A stretch of DNA of 64,000 nt from Eledone cirrhosa (Eukaryota), in the NCBI GenBank assembly GCA_964016885.1, contig OZ024742.1:34596001-34660000 (forward strand), given 5' to 3'. Shown here in pieces: positions 29,101 through 42,017 of this stretch. Both the position numbers and the translations under genes were made by a program. The notes under the pieces were generated by a model that was not told where the DNA came from, did no database searches, and was given only the letters and a program-made list of their open reading frames with translations. How positions within the stretch are numbered: position 1 is the stretch's first letter; the number at the start of each line of letters is the position of its first letter.

Positions 29101-32100
29101 GGTGGAGGTTCTGTAGTGTTGGTGATGGTGCTAATGGTGGTGTTGGTAGTGTGTTAGTGGTATTACTGGTGGTGGTGGTGGAGGTTCTGTAGTGTTGGTG
29201 ATGGTGCTAATGGTGGTGTTGGTAGTGTGTTAGTGGTATTACTGGTGGTGGTGGTGGTGGAGGTTCTGTAGTGTTGGTGATGGTGCTAATGGTGGTGTTG
29301 GTAGTGTGTTAGTGGTATTACTGGTGGTGGTGGTGGAGGTTCTGTAGTGTTGGTGATGGTGCTAATGGTGGTGTTGGTAGTGTGTTAGTGGTATTACTGG
29401 TGGTGGTGGAGGTTCTGTAGTGTTGGTGATGGTGCTAATGGTGGTGTTGGTAGTGTGTTAGTGGTATTACTGGTGGTGGTGGTGGAGGTTCTGTAGTGTT
29501 GGTGATGGTGCTAATGGTGGTGTTGGTAGTGTGTTAGAGGTATTACTGGTGGTGGTGGTGGTGGAGGTTCTGTAGTGTTGGTGATGGTGCTAATGGTGGT
29601 GTTGGTAGTGTGTTAGTGGTATTACTGGTGGTGGTGGTGTTGGTGGCTCTGTAGTGTTGGTGATGGTGCTAATGGTGGTGTTGGTAGTGTGTTAGTGGTA
29701 TTACTGGTGGTGGTGGTGGTGGTGGTTCTGTAGTGTTGGTGATGGTGCTAATGGTGGTGTTGGTAGTGTGTTAGTGGTATTACTGGTGGTGGTGGTGGAG
29801 GTTCTGTAGTGTTGGTGATGGTGCTAATGGTGGTGTTGGTAGTGTGTTAGTGGTATTACTGGTGGTGGTGGTGGAGGTTCTGTAGTGTTGGTGATGGTGC
29901 TAATGGTGGTGTTGGTATTGTGTTAGTGGTATTACTGGTGGTGGTGGTTGTGGAGGTTCTGTAGTGTTGGTGATGGTGCTAATGGTGGTGTTGGTAGTGT
30001 GTTAGTGGTATTACTGGTGGTGGTGGTGGTGGAGGTTTCTGTAGTGTTGGTGATGGTGCTAATGGTGGTGTTGGTAGTGTGTTAGTGGTATTAATGGTGG
30101 TGGTGGTGGTGGAGGTTCTGTAGTGTTGGTGATGGTGCTAATGGTGGTGTTGGTAGTGTGTTAGTGGTATTACTGGTGGTGGTGGTGGTGGTGGTTCTGT
30201 AGTGTTGGTGATGGTGCTAATGGTGGTGTTGGTAGTGTGTTAGTGGTATTACTGGTGGTGGTGGTGGTGGTTCTGTAGTGTTGGTGATGGTGCTAATGGT
30301 GGTGTTGGTAGTGTGTTAGAGGTATTACTGGTGGTGGTGGTGGTGGAAGTTCTGTAGTGTTGGTGATGGTGCTAATGGTGGTGTTGGTAGTGTGTTAGTG
30401 GTATTACAGGTGGTGGTGGTAGAGGTTCTGTAGTGTTGGTGATGGTGCTATTGGTGGTGTTGGTAGTGTGTTAGTGGTATTACTGGTGGTGGTGGTGGTG
30501 GAGGTTCTGTAGTGTTGGTGATGGTGCTAATGGTGGTGTTGGTAGTGTGTTAGTGGTATTACTGGTGGTGGTGGTGGTGGTGGTTCTGTAGTGTTGGTGA
30601 TGGTGCTAATGGTGGTGTTGGTAGTGTGTTAGTGGTATTACTGGTGGTGGTGGTGTTGGTGGCTCTGTAGTGTTGGTGATGGTGCTAATGGTGGTGTTGG
30701 TAGTGTGTTAGTGGTATTACTGGTGGTGGTGGTGGTGGTGGTTCTGTAGTGTTGGTGATGGTGCTAATGGTGGTGTTGGTAGTGTGTTAGTGGTATTACT
30801 GGTGGTGGTGGTGGTGGTTCTGTAGTGTTGGTGATGGTGCTAATGGTGGTGTTGGAAGTGTGTTAGAGGTATTACTGGTGGTGGTGGTGGTGGAGGTTCT
30901 GTAGTGTTGGTGATGGTGCTAATGGTGGTGTTGGTAGTGTGTTAGAGGTATTACTGGTGGTGGTGGTGGTGGAGGTTCTGTAGTGTTGGTGATGGTGCTA
31001 ATGGTGGTGTTGGTAGTGTGTTAGTGGTATTACTGGTGGTGTTGGTGGTGGAGGTTCTGTAGTGTTGGTGATGGTGCTAATGGTGGTGTTGGTAGTGTGT
31101 TAGTGGTATTACTGGTGGTGGTGGTGGTGGAGGTTCTGTAGTGTTGGTGATGGTGCTAATGGTGGTGTTGGTAGTGTGTTAGAGGTATTACTGGTGGTGG
31201 TGGTGGTGGAGGTTCTGTAGTGTTGGTGATGGTGCTAATGGTGGTGTTGGTAGTGTGTTAGTGGTATTACTGGTGGTGGTGGTGTTGGTGGCTCTGTAGT
31301 GTTGGTGATGGTGCTAATGGTGGTGTTGGTAGTGTGTTAGTGGTATTACAGGTGGTGGTGGTGGTGGTGGAGGTTCTGTAGTGTTGGTGATGGTGCTAAT
31401 GGTGGTTTTGGTAGTGTGTTAGTGGTATTACTGGTGGTGGTGGTGGTGGAGGTTCTGTAGTGTTGGTGATGGTGCTAATGGTGGTGTTGGTAGTGTGTTA
31501 GAGGTATTACTGGTGGTGGTGGTGGTGGTGGAGGTTCTGTAGTGTTGGTGATGGTGCTAATGGTGGTGTTGGTAGTGTGTTAGTGGTATTACTGGTGGTG
31601 GTGGTGTTGGTGGCTCTGTAGTGTTGGTGATGGTGCTAATGGTGGTGTTGGTAGTGTGTTAGTGGTATTACAGGTGGTGGTGGTGGTGGTGGTTCTGTAG
31701 TGTTGGTGATGGTGCTAATGGTGGTGTTGGTAGTGTGTTAGTGGTATTACTGGTGGTGGTGGTGGTAGTGGTTCTGTAGTGTTGGTGATGGTGCTAATGG
31801 TGGTGTTGGTAGTGTGTTAGTGGTATTACTGGTGGTGGTGGTGGTGGTGGTTCTGTAGTGTTGGTGATGGTGCTAATGGTGGTGTTGGTAGTGTGTTAGT
31901 GGTATTACTGGTGGTGGTGGTGGTGGTGGTTCTGTAGTGTTGGTGATGGTGCTAATGGTGGTGTTGGAAGTGTGTTAGAGGTATTACTGGTGGTGGTGGT
32001 GGTGGAGGTTCTGTAGTGTTGGTGATGGTGCTAATGGTGGTGTTGGTAGTGTGTTAGTGGTATTACTGGTGGTGGTGGTGGTGGTGGTTCTGTAGTGTTG

Positions 32101-35100
32101 GTGATGGTGCTAATGGTGGTGTTGGTAGTGTGTTAGTGGTATTACTGGTGGTGGTGGTGGTGGTGGTTCTGTAGTGTTGGTGATGGTGCTAATGGTGGTG
32201 TTGGAAGTGTGTTAGAGGTATTACTGGTGGTGGTGGTGGTGGAGGTTCTGTAGTGTTGGTGATGGTGCTAATGGTGGTGTTGGTAGTGTGTTAGTGGTAT
32301 TACTGGTGGTGGTGGTGGTGGAGGTTCTGTAGTGTTGGTGATGGTGCTAATGGTGGTGTTGGTAGTGTGTTAGTGGTATTACTGGTTGTGGTGGTGGTGG
32401 AGGTTCTGTAGTGTTGGTGATGGTGCTAATGGTGGTGTTGGTAGTGTGTTAGTGGTATTACTGGTGGTGGTGGTGGTGGTGGAGGTTCTGTAGTGTTGGT
32501 GATGGTGCTAATGGTGGTGTTGGTAGTGTGTTAGTGGTATTACTGGTGGTGGTGGTGGAGGTTCTGTAGTGTTGGTGATGGTGCTAATGGTGGTTTTGGT
32601 AGTGTTGTTAGTGGTATTACAGGTGGTGGTGGTGGAGGTTCTGTAGTGTTGGTGATGGTGCTAATGGTGGTGTTGGTAGTGTGTTAGTGGTATTACTGGT
32701 GGTGGTGGTGGAGGTTCTGTAGTGTTGGTGATGGTGCTAATGGTGGTGTTGGTAGTGTGTTAGTGGTATTACTGGTTGTGGTGGTGGTGGAGGTTCTGTA
32801 GTGTTGGTGATGGTGCTAATGGTGGTGTTGGTAGTGTGTTAGTGGTATTACTGGTTGTGGTGGTGGTGGAGGTTCTGTAGTGTTGGTGATGGTGCTAATG
32901 GTGGTGTTGGTAGTGTGTTAGTGGTATTACTGGTGGCGGTGGTGGTGGTGCAGGTTCTGTAGTGTTGGTGATGGTGCTAATGGTGGTGTTGGTAGTGTGT
33001 TAGTGGTATTACTGGTGGTGGTGGTGGAGGTTCTGTAGTGTTGGTGATGGTGCTAATGGTGGTGTTGGTAGTGTGTTAGTGGTATTACTGGTTGTGGTGG
33101 TGGTGGAGGTTCTGTAGTGTTGGTGATGGTGCTAATGGTGGTGTTGGTAGTGTGTTAGTGGTATTACTGGTGGTGGTGGTGGTGGTGGAGGTTCTGTAGT
33201 GTTGGTGATGGTGCTAATGGTGGTGTTGGTAGTGTGTTAGTGGTATTACTGGTGGTGGTGGTGGAGGTTCTGTAGTGTTGGTGATGGTGCTAATGGTGGT
33301 GTTGGTAGTGTGTTAGTGGTATTACTGGTGGTGGTGGTGGAGGTTCTGTAGTGTTGGTGATGGTGCTAATGGTGGTGTTGGTAGTGTATTAGTGGTATTA
33401 CAGGTGGTGGTGGTGGAGGTTCTGTAGTGTTGGTGATGGTGCTAATGGTGGTGTTGGTAGTGTGTTAGAGGTATTACTGGTGGTGGTGGTGGTGGAGGTT
33501 CTGTAGTGTTGGTGATGGTGCTAATGGTGGTGTTGGTAGTGTGTTAGTGGTATTACTGGTGGTGGTGGTGGTGGAGGTTCTGTAGTGTTGGTGATGGTGC
33601 TAATGGTGGTGTTGGTAGTGTGTTAGTGGTATTACTGGTGGTGGTGGTGGTGGAGGTTCTGTAGTGTTGGTGATGGTGCTAATGTTGGTGTTGGTAGTGT
33701 GTTAGTGGTATTACTGGTGGTGGTGGTGGAGGTTCTGTAGTGTTGGTGATGGTGCTAATGGTGGTGTTGGTAGTGTGTTAGTGGTATTACTGGTGGTGGT
33801 GGTGGTGGTGGAGGTTCTGTAGTGTTGGTGATGGTGCTAATGGTGGTGTTGGTAGTGTGTTAGTGGTATTACTGGTGGTGGTGGTGGAGGTTCTGTAGTG
33901 TTGGTGATGGTGCTAATGGTGGTGTTGGTAGTGTGTTAGTGGTATTACTGGTGGTGGTGGAGGTTCTGTAGTGTTGGTGATGGTGCTAATGGTGGTGTTG
34001 GTAGTGTGTTAGTGGTATTACTGGTGGTGGTGGTGGAGGTTCTGTAGTGTTGGTGATGGTGCTAATGGTGGTGTTGGTAGTGTGTTAGAGGTATTACTGG
34101 TGGTGGTGGTGGTGGAGGTTCTGTAGTGTTGGTGATGGTGCTAATGGTGGTGTTGGTAGTGTGTTAGTGGTATTACTGGTGGTGGTGGTGTTGGTGGCTC
34201 TGTAGTGTTGGTGATGGTGCTAATGGTGGTGTTGGTAGTGTGTTAGTGGTATTACTGGTGGTGGTGGTGGTGGTGGTTCTGTAGTGTTGGTGATGGTGCT
34301 AATGGTGGTGTTGGTAGTGTGTTAGTGGTATTACTGGTGGTGGTGGTGGAGGTTCTGTAGTGTTGGTGATGGTGCTAATGGTGGTGTTGGTAGTGTGTTA
34401 GTGGTATTACTGGTGGTGGTGGTGGTGGTGGTTCTGTAGTGTTGGTGATGGTGCTAATGGTGGTGTTGGTAGTGTGTTAGAGGTATTACAGGTGGTGGTG
34501 GTGGTGGTGGTGGTTCTGTAGTGTTGGTGATGGTGCTAATGGTGGTGTTGGTAGTGTGTTAGTGGTATTACTGGTGGTGGTGGTGGAGGTTCTGTAGTGT
34601 TGGTGATGGTGCTAATGGTGGTGTTGGTATTGTGTTAGTGGTATTACTGGTGGTGGTGGTTGTGGAGGTTCTGTAGTGTTGGTGATGGTGCTAATGGTGG
34701 TGTTGGTAGTGTGTTAGTGGTATTACTGGTGGTGTTGGTGGTGGAGGTTCTGTAGTGTTGGTGATGGTGCTAATGGTGGTGTTGGTAGTGTGTTAGTGGT
34801 ATTACTGGTGGTGGTGGTGGTGGTGGTTCTGTAGTGTTGGTGATGGTGCTAATGGTGGTGTTGGTAGTGTGTTAGAGGTATTACTGTTGGTGGTGGTGGA
34901 GGTTCTGTAGTGTTGGTGATGGTGCTAATGGTGGTGTTGGTAGTGTGTTAGTGGTATTACAGGTGGTGGTGGTGGTGGTGGTTCTGTAGTGTTGGTGATG
35001 GTGCTAATGGTGGTGTTGGTAGTGTGTTAGTGGTATTACTGTTGGTGGTGGTGGTGGTGGTTCTGTAGTGTTGGTGATGGTGCTAATGGTGGTGTTGGTA

Positions 35101-38100
35101 GTGTGTTAGTGGTATTACTGGTGGTGGTGGTGTTGGTGGCTCTGTAGTGTTGGTGATGGTGCTAATGGTGGTGTTGGTAGTGTGTTAGTGGTATTACAGG
35201 TGGTGGTGGTGGTGGTGGTTCTGTAGTGTTGGTGATGGTGCTAATGGTGGTGTTGGTAGTGTGTTAGTGGTATTACTGGTGGTGGTGGTGGTGGTGGTGG
35301 TTCTGTAGTGTTGGTGATGGTGCTAATGGTGGTGTTGGTAGAGTGTTAGTGGTATTACTGGTGGTGGTGGTGGTGGTGGTTCTGTAGTGTTGGTGATGGT
35401 GCTAATGGTGGTGTTGGTAGTGTGTTAGTGGTATTACTGGTGGTGGTGGTGTTGGTGGCTCTGTAGTGTTGGTGATGGTGCTAATGGTGGTGTTGGTAGT
35501 GTGTTAGTGGTATTACAGGTGGTGGTGGTGGTGGTGGTTCTGTAGTGTTGGTGATGGTGCTAATGGTGGTGTTGGTAGTGTGTTAGTGGTATTACTGGTG
35601 GTGGTGGTGGTGGTGGTTCTGTAGTGTTGGTGATGGTGCTAATGGTGGTGTTGGTAGTGTGTTAGTGGTATTACTGGTGGTGGTGGTGGTGGTGGTTCTG
35701 TAGTGTTGGTGATGGTGCTAATGGTGGTGTTGGTAGTGTGTTAGTGGTGTTACTGGTGGTGGTGGTGGAGGTTCTGTAGTATTGGTGATGGTGCTAATGG
35801 TGGTGTTGGTAGTGTGTTAGTGGTATTACTGGTGGTGGTGGTGGTGGAGGTTCTGTAGTGTTGGTGATGGTGCTAATGGTGGTGTTGGTAGTGTGTTAGA
35901 GGTATTACTGGTGGTGGTGGTGGTGGTTCTGTAGTGTTGGTGATGGTGCTAATGGTGGTGTTGGTAGTGTGTTAGTGGTATTACTGGTGGTGGTGGTGGT
36001 GGTGGTTCTGTAGTGTTGGTGATGGTGCTAATGGTGGTGTTGGTAGTGTGTTAGAGGTATTACTGGTGGTGGTGGTGGTGGAGGTTCTGTAGTGTTGGTG
36101 ATGGTGCTAATGGTGGTGTTGGTAGTGTGTTAGTGGTATTACCGGTGGTGGTGGTGTTGGTGGCTCTGTAGTGTTGGTGATGGTGCTAATGGTGGTGTTG
36201 GTAGTGTGTTAGAGGTATTACTGGTGGTGGTGGTGGTGGAGGGTCTGTAGTGTTGGTGATGGTGCTAATGGTGGTGTTGGTAGTGTGTTAGTGGTATTAC
36301 TGGTGGTGGTGGTGTTGGTGGCTCTGTAGTGTTGGTGATGGTGCTAATGGTGGTGTTGGTAGTGTGTTAGAGGTATTACCGGTGGTGGTGGTGGTGGTGG
36401 TTCTGTAGTGTTGGTGATGGTGCTAATGGTGGTGTTGGTAGTGTGTTAGAGGTATTACTGGTGGTGGTGGTGGTGGAGGTTCTGTAGTGTTGGTGATGGT
36501 GCTAATGGTGGTGTTGGTAGTGTGTTAGTGGTATTACTGGTGGTGGTGGTGGTGGTTCTGTAGTGTTGGTGATGGTGCTAATGGTGGTGTTGGTAGTGTG
36601 TTAGTGGTATTACTGGTGGTGGTGGTGGTGGTGGTGGAGGTTCTGTAGTGTTGGTGATGGTGCTAATGGTGGTGTTGGTAGTGTGTTAGAGGTATTACTG
36701 GTGGTGGTGGTGGTGGAGGTTCTGTAGTGTTGGTGATGGTGCTAATGGTGGTGTTGGTAGTGTGTTAGTGGTATTACTGGTGGTGGTGGTGGTGGAGGTT
36801 CTGTAGTGTTGGTGATGGTGCTAATGGTGGTGTTGGTAGTGTGTTAGTGGTATTACTGGTGGTGGTGGTGGTGGTTCTGTAGTGTTGGTGATGGTGCTAA
36901 TGGTGGTGTTGGTAGTGTGTTAGAGGTATTACTGGTGGTGGTGGTGGAGGTTCTGTAGTGTTGGTGATGGTGCTAATGGTGGTGTTGGTAGTGTGTTAGT
37001 GGTATTACTGGTGGTGGTGGTGGTGGTTCTGTAGTGTTGGTGATGGTGCTAATGGTGGTGTTGGTAGTGTGTTAGAGGTATTACTGGTGGTGGTGGTGGA
37101 GGTTCTGTAGTGTTGGTGATGGTGCTAATGGTGGTGTTGGTAGTGTGTTAGTGGTATTACTGGTGGTGGTGGTGGTGGTTCTGTAGTGTTGGTGATGGTG
37201 CTAATGGTGGTGTTGGTAGTGTGTTAGTGGTATTACTGGTGGTGGTGGTGGTGGTGGTGGAGGTTCTGTAGTGTTGGTGATGGTGCTAATGGTGGTGTTG
37301 GTAGTGTGTTAGAGGTATTACTGGTGGTGGTGGTGGTGGAGGTTTTGTAGTGTTGGTGATGGTGCTAATGGTGGTGTTGGTAGTGTGTTAGTGGTATTAC
37401 TGGTGGTGGTGGTGGTGGTTCTGTAGTGTTGGTGATGGTGCTAATGGTGGTGTTGGTAGTGTGTTAGAGGTATTACTGGTGGTGGTGGTGGTGGTGGAGG
37501 TTCTGTAGTGTTGGTGATGGTGCTAATGGTGGTGTTGGTAGTGTGTTAGTGGTATTACTGGTGGTGTTGGTGGAGGTTCTGTAGTGTTGGTGATGGTGCT
37601 AATGGTGGTGTTGGTAGTGTGTTAGTGGTATTACTGGTGGTGGTGGTGGTGGTTCTGTAGTGTTGGTGATGGTGCTAATGGTGTTGTTGGTAGTGTGTTA
37701 GTGGTATTACTGGTGGTGGTGGTGGTGGAGGTTCTGTAGTGTTGGTGATGGTGCTAATGGTGGTGTTGGTAGTGTGTTAGAGGTATTACTGGTGGTGGTG
37801 GTGGAGGTTCTGTAGTGTTGGTGATGGTGCTAATGGTGTTGTTGGTAGTGTGTTAGTGGTATTACTGGTGGTGGTGGTGGTGGTTCTGTAGTGTTGGTGA
37901 TGGTGCTAATGGTGGTGTTGGTAGTGTGTTAGTGGTATTACTGGTGGTGGTGGTGGTGGTTCTGTAGTGTTGGTGATGGTGCTAATGGTGGTGTTGGTAG
38001 TGTGTTAGTGGTATTACTGGTGGTGGTGGTGGTGGAGGTTCTGTAGTGTTGGTGATGGTGCTAATGGTGGTGTTGGTAGTGTGTTAGTGGTATTACTGGT

Positions 38101-38588
38101 GGTGGTGGTGGTGGAGGTTCTGTAGTGTTGGTGATGCTGCTAATGGTGGTGTTGGTAGTGTGTTAGTGGTATTACTGGTGGTGGTGGTGGTGGTTCTGTA
38201 GTGTTGGTGATGGTGCTAATGGTGGTGTTGGTAGTGTGTTAGTGGTATTACTGGTGGTGGTGGTGGTGGAGGTTCTGTAGTGTTGGTGATGGTGCTAATG
38301 GTGGTGTTGGTAGTGTGTTAGTGGTATTACAGGTGGTGGTGGTGGTGGTGGTTCTGTAGTGTTGGTGATGGTGCTAATGGTGGTGTTGGTAGTGTGTTAG
38401 TAGTATTACTGGTGGTGGTGGTGTTGGTGGTGGTTCTGTAGTGTTGGTGATGGTGCTAATGGTGGTGTTGGTAGTGTGTTAGTGGTATTACTGGTGGTGA
38501 TGGTGGTAGTTGTGGTTACGGTGGTAGTGGTTCTGTAGTGTTGGTGGTGGTGGTGTTGGTAGTGTTAGTGGTATTACTGGTGATGGTG
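23110..38588. repeat. G/T-rich satellite, unit 61+3n bp (mostly 73-85 bp), ~195 copies
   Basis: Constant part GGTTCTGTAGTGTTGGTGATGGTGCTAATGGTGGTGTTGGTAGTGTGTTAGTGGTATTACT followed by a variable (GGT)n tract often ending GGA; both ends decay into degenerate TGG/TTG microsatellite. Confidence 0.99.
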
Positions 38589-39837
38589 GCCATCATAGTC
38601 ATTGTCTATACTAGAAACTTAGTAACGCCACTCTGATAGGAAACTGCCTGAAGTTTTCCCTGGTTCTATGATACAAAACTGTTTGTTATGAAATGTTTTA
38701 ATTCGTCTAAATCATTCCATCTTAAAAACAAAATTAGAATTTGATTTTTCGCTCTAACATAGCGGATAAGTAAGATTTATTCGTACGTTCTATATCAAAT
38801 AATAATTACATTCGATTATTTTGCCCGCAAACAGCCTCATCCCGCTGTGTTTTGTAGATGACCATCGCCATCCTTTTGTTCTAGCGGTAACAGAGAAAAA
38901 CAACCGGCAATATTGTTTCTGGGTTACTGCCCTTTATCAAGATTGTGTGCGTCTCTTCTCTCACATATTAGGAATCTTGAGATTATATAGTTTTCTCTAA
39001 AGTCTATATCGGCTGATTAACCTAATGTGCATACCGAGTGATGTTACGGCTGACTTTGCCGAACATTTAAGACCAAACTTAGAATTTGATTTTTATGCAA
39101 GAACCTTTGTTAAGCTATATTCCTATCACTAATTTGATAATTAGAAAACTGGTTTCATTACTAAACTCTCATGACTACTTTCAAAATCATTTGAAAATCA
39201 TCAAAAGTGCAGCTTATCACAGCATAAAATACTCACAAGGAGACCAAATGTATGTATACTATACCTAAATGTATTGTATATAAGTCTATATAGGTCCTAG
39301 CTGTGCTAGTACTATCAGTAATTAATATTAGCAACTTAAACTTGTACTGTGTGTAAATAAGCTTTCCACAGAAATATTTCGTTTACAAAATCATTAAGAC
39401 TTTCAAATCTTTCGTTAGATATTTAATTGGAGCTGTGAAACACCTCCTGGTGATGAATCATAATTCTGATATACATGCATGCAGAGCTCTTACATCGATA
39501 GGGAGATAACTGTGAATTGTTTGCAGCTTAAAATACAGCAAGACTTCATATGTGTCTATAATGACTTGGTATGGACTCTTTACACCTTGTTGAGTTGTAT
39601 GGGCGCCCAGCCCGGCGGAGCCCGTATCTCACTGTTGGCGTATTCAGAAGAAAGAGAGTGTGGGCGAAAGAAAATAAGAAACAGTGTATCAGGAGAATCT
39701 ACCCCAGTGTTGAACTTGTAATTTATTTATCGATCTGGAAAGGTTAAAAGGCAAAGTCTGCAAAGAGCTGGAACGAATACCGCAAATCGTTCTATCCAAC
39801 GTCATAACAACCCTACTAATTCGCCGTCTTATGATCT

Positions 39838-40249
39838 ATAGCTGGCCCTGCGCCGTACAAAATGACGCCTTATTATAGCATTTTATATATAAAAAGGGTA
39901 GAAAACTAAATTTTTAGTTTAATAATTCTTTTATTACAAACATTTTTGTGGATAGAGTATCCGCAACTAACATACATAACCAGGATAATATCAGAAACAC
40001 ACATAGACTCACATAAGTATAAATATATTCGGACTAGTGACATAAACACACAAACAGTAACAATAATAAAAACCAATGTGTGTAGTCAATTCGCTACATA
40101 TACTAACACAAGTGTAGCGAAACGTAGAACACTAGTCGCTGTTTTCTATAGTTTGTCACCACCCCTTCCTTCCTCAGTCATCTCCCTTTCAGCGTGTTAT
40201 GGACAAATATATAAAAATAGACACATTGGTTATTATTATAGTTGATAGA
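39838..40249 (-). mobile_element. Probable non-autonomous Helitron
   Basis: Minus strand begins A|TCTATCAACTATAATAAT. It ends with an imperfect GC hairpin (plus-strand gccgtacaaaatgacgcc) ~10 bp before a degenerate CTAR-like end. Confidence 0.45.
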
Positions 40250-40765
40250 TATTTTAATCTATAAAGAAGCGTTCTTGAAGTAAACCATAACGCTGGCGGC
40301 GTTCCCACTAACAAATGATTGCAATTGAAATTCTCTAAAGCAGCCAGAAATACTCACTTTAATCATACAAAGTGTCATTGATGCGTCGGTCAAGTTGTTA
40401 TAGGTAGACGGCAGTTGAAGGACCATGTAGATGCAATGAAAGTAAATACTAGTTGTTCTATAGATATTGCTATCCTTCACCAACACTACCATTAACACCA
40501 CCACCACTTTCATAATCTCTGTATGTAGATATATATATATATCGATCTCTGTTAACATGGTGAAAATGCCACATTTATTTATAGGACAAGGTATGTAGTA
40601 GATTTAATCGACCACTGCTTATTTATTTAGCGACTCTCAGAATGATGAAAAGCAAAGTAAACGACAAACTGTCGTTGTTCCTTGTTGATGTTCATTTAAC
40701 TTCATGTTAGCTCTGATCGAGCTGTGTATGAGCGTGTGAGTATATCTGTGTGCGTATATATATAC

Positions 40766-40768
<3 letters not shown>

Positions 40769-40806
<38 letters not shown>

Positions 40807-40815
40807 TACATACAT

Positions 40816-40903
<88 letters not shown>
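40769..40903. repeat. (TA)n microsatellite, interrupted
   Basis: Directly visible. Confidence 0.95.
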
Positions 40904-40909
<6 letters not shown>

Positions 40910-41117
40910 AAGAGGGAGAGAGAGGGGATGAAGCCACTTGTCAGGTCGGACCAAGAAAACTATGTCTGCATTGGTCTTCCCATTGCTGTTACTATTTGCC
41001 GTTATACATACACAGGCATGACTGAGCAAATAGGAGAAACAAAACTCAATACATGAGTAGAGGTATGTATAATTTATTATATCTGTGAAGGCAGATCAAC
41101 GACATTTTATTTCAGTT

Positions 41118-41308
41118 TTTTATTTCACGTTGCTCCATGTCACCCACCTTGCAAAAATGAATGTACCTGTAATTCAACGGGCTAACCATGTCAATATACA
41201 ACCATATTGAATGTTTCCGAGAACTACGTTAACAGTGCACGTGTCTGTAAAATATTCAGACACTTCCGCGTTAGTTTCAGGAGCAGACCAGATTGAGAAA
41301 GGTTCAAC
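41118..41308 (+). mobile_element. SINE 3' body fragment (family also seen reversed at ~44010-44170, 56800-57095, 62905-63156)
   Basis: Shares tttatttcacgttgctcc…aaaatga…gtacctgta.ttcaa…gagaactacgttaa motifs with the minus-strand copies; followed by (ATGT)n. Confidence 0.65.
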
Positions 41309-41391
41309 ATGTATGTATGTATGTATGTATGTATGTATGTATGTATGTATGTATGTATGTATGTATGTATGTATGTATGTATGTATGTATG
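41309..41391. repeat. (ATGT)n microsatellite
   Basis: About 20 perfect units. Confidence 0.97.
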
Positions 41392-41841
41392 TTTTATCTC
41401 TTTCTCTTAATTCCGAGTATATTTTTTTGACCGGCCACCTTCCTGGTGGCAAGGTTGTAAAAGAAAAGAAATTGTCATCCCTTGAATCGCAAGAATGTTT
41501 TGCAAATTTTGAAGGTGCCAGCTATCGCAGCCATTTGTAGACTATGATGTATGTATGTATGAATGTATGTACGTATGTATGTGCACAGTCTTTCTTCACT
41601 TCAAAAAAAAAAACTTCCCTTACAGGCATTACATTAATAATGGTATATCATGCAATGGCCATACTCAATAACGAGCGGGGCAGCCATATGTATGTATGTA
41701 GGTATGTATGTATGTATCTTTGTGCAGTGCCTTTGCTCACTATAAAAGCTTCACGGCACAGGCATTGCTTTATATCTGGAGATCTCTCTGCACTTGTCCT
41801 CACATGGTACCATGGGCCCAGCACTATGTGTCAATAATTGT

Positions 41842-42017
41842 CACAAGTGTAGTGTTTGTACCAGAGTTTTCAAGTCGCTGGCTGGACTAAAAAGTCACAC
41901 TCGTTCAGCGCATCGGTAGGGGTTCTCCTACATGGATATAAAGTAGTGGCCGTACTCGAAAACGAGTTGGCAGCCACCATGTATGTATGTATGAATTTAT
42001 GTTTGCATGTATGAATG
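41842..42017 (+). mobile_element. 5'-truncated RTE-type LINE 3' end with intact C2H2 finger and (ATGT)n tail
   Basis: 41842-41919 translates HKCSVCTRVFKSLAGLKSHTRSAHR*. Followed by the terminal motif ggccgtactcgaaaacgagttggcagccacc, shared with the RTE at 42018-43522. Confidence 0.75.

Noticed and set aside
23110-38588. Mucin-like Thr/Pro- or Gly-rich coding repeat
   Set aside because: The unit is 61+3n bp, so the frame shifts each unit and hits TAA/TAG within one or two units.
23110-38588. Telomeric repeat
   Set aside because: G-rich, but contains no TTAGGG or TTAGG arrays and is internal.
40637-41029. IYIY/CVCV/HTHT-type ORFs here and elsewhere (e.g. 22733, 47042, 57155, 61818)
   Set aside because: Microsatellite translations.
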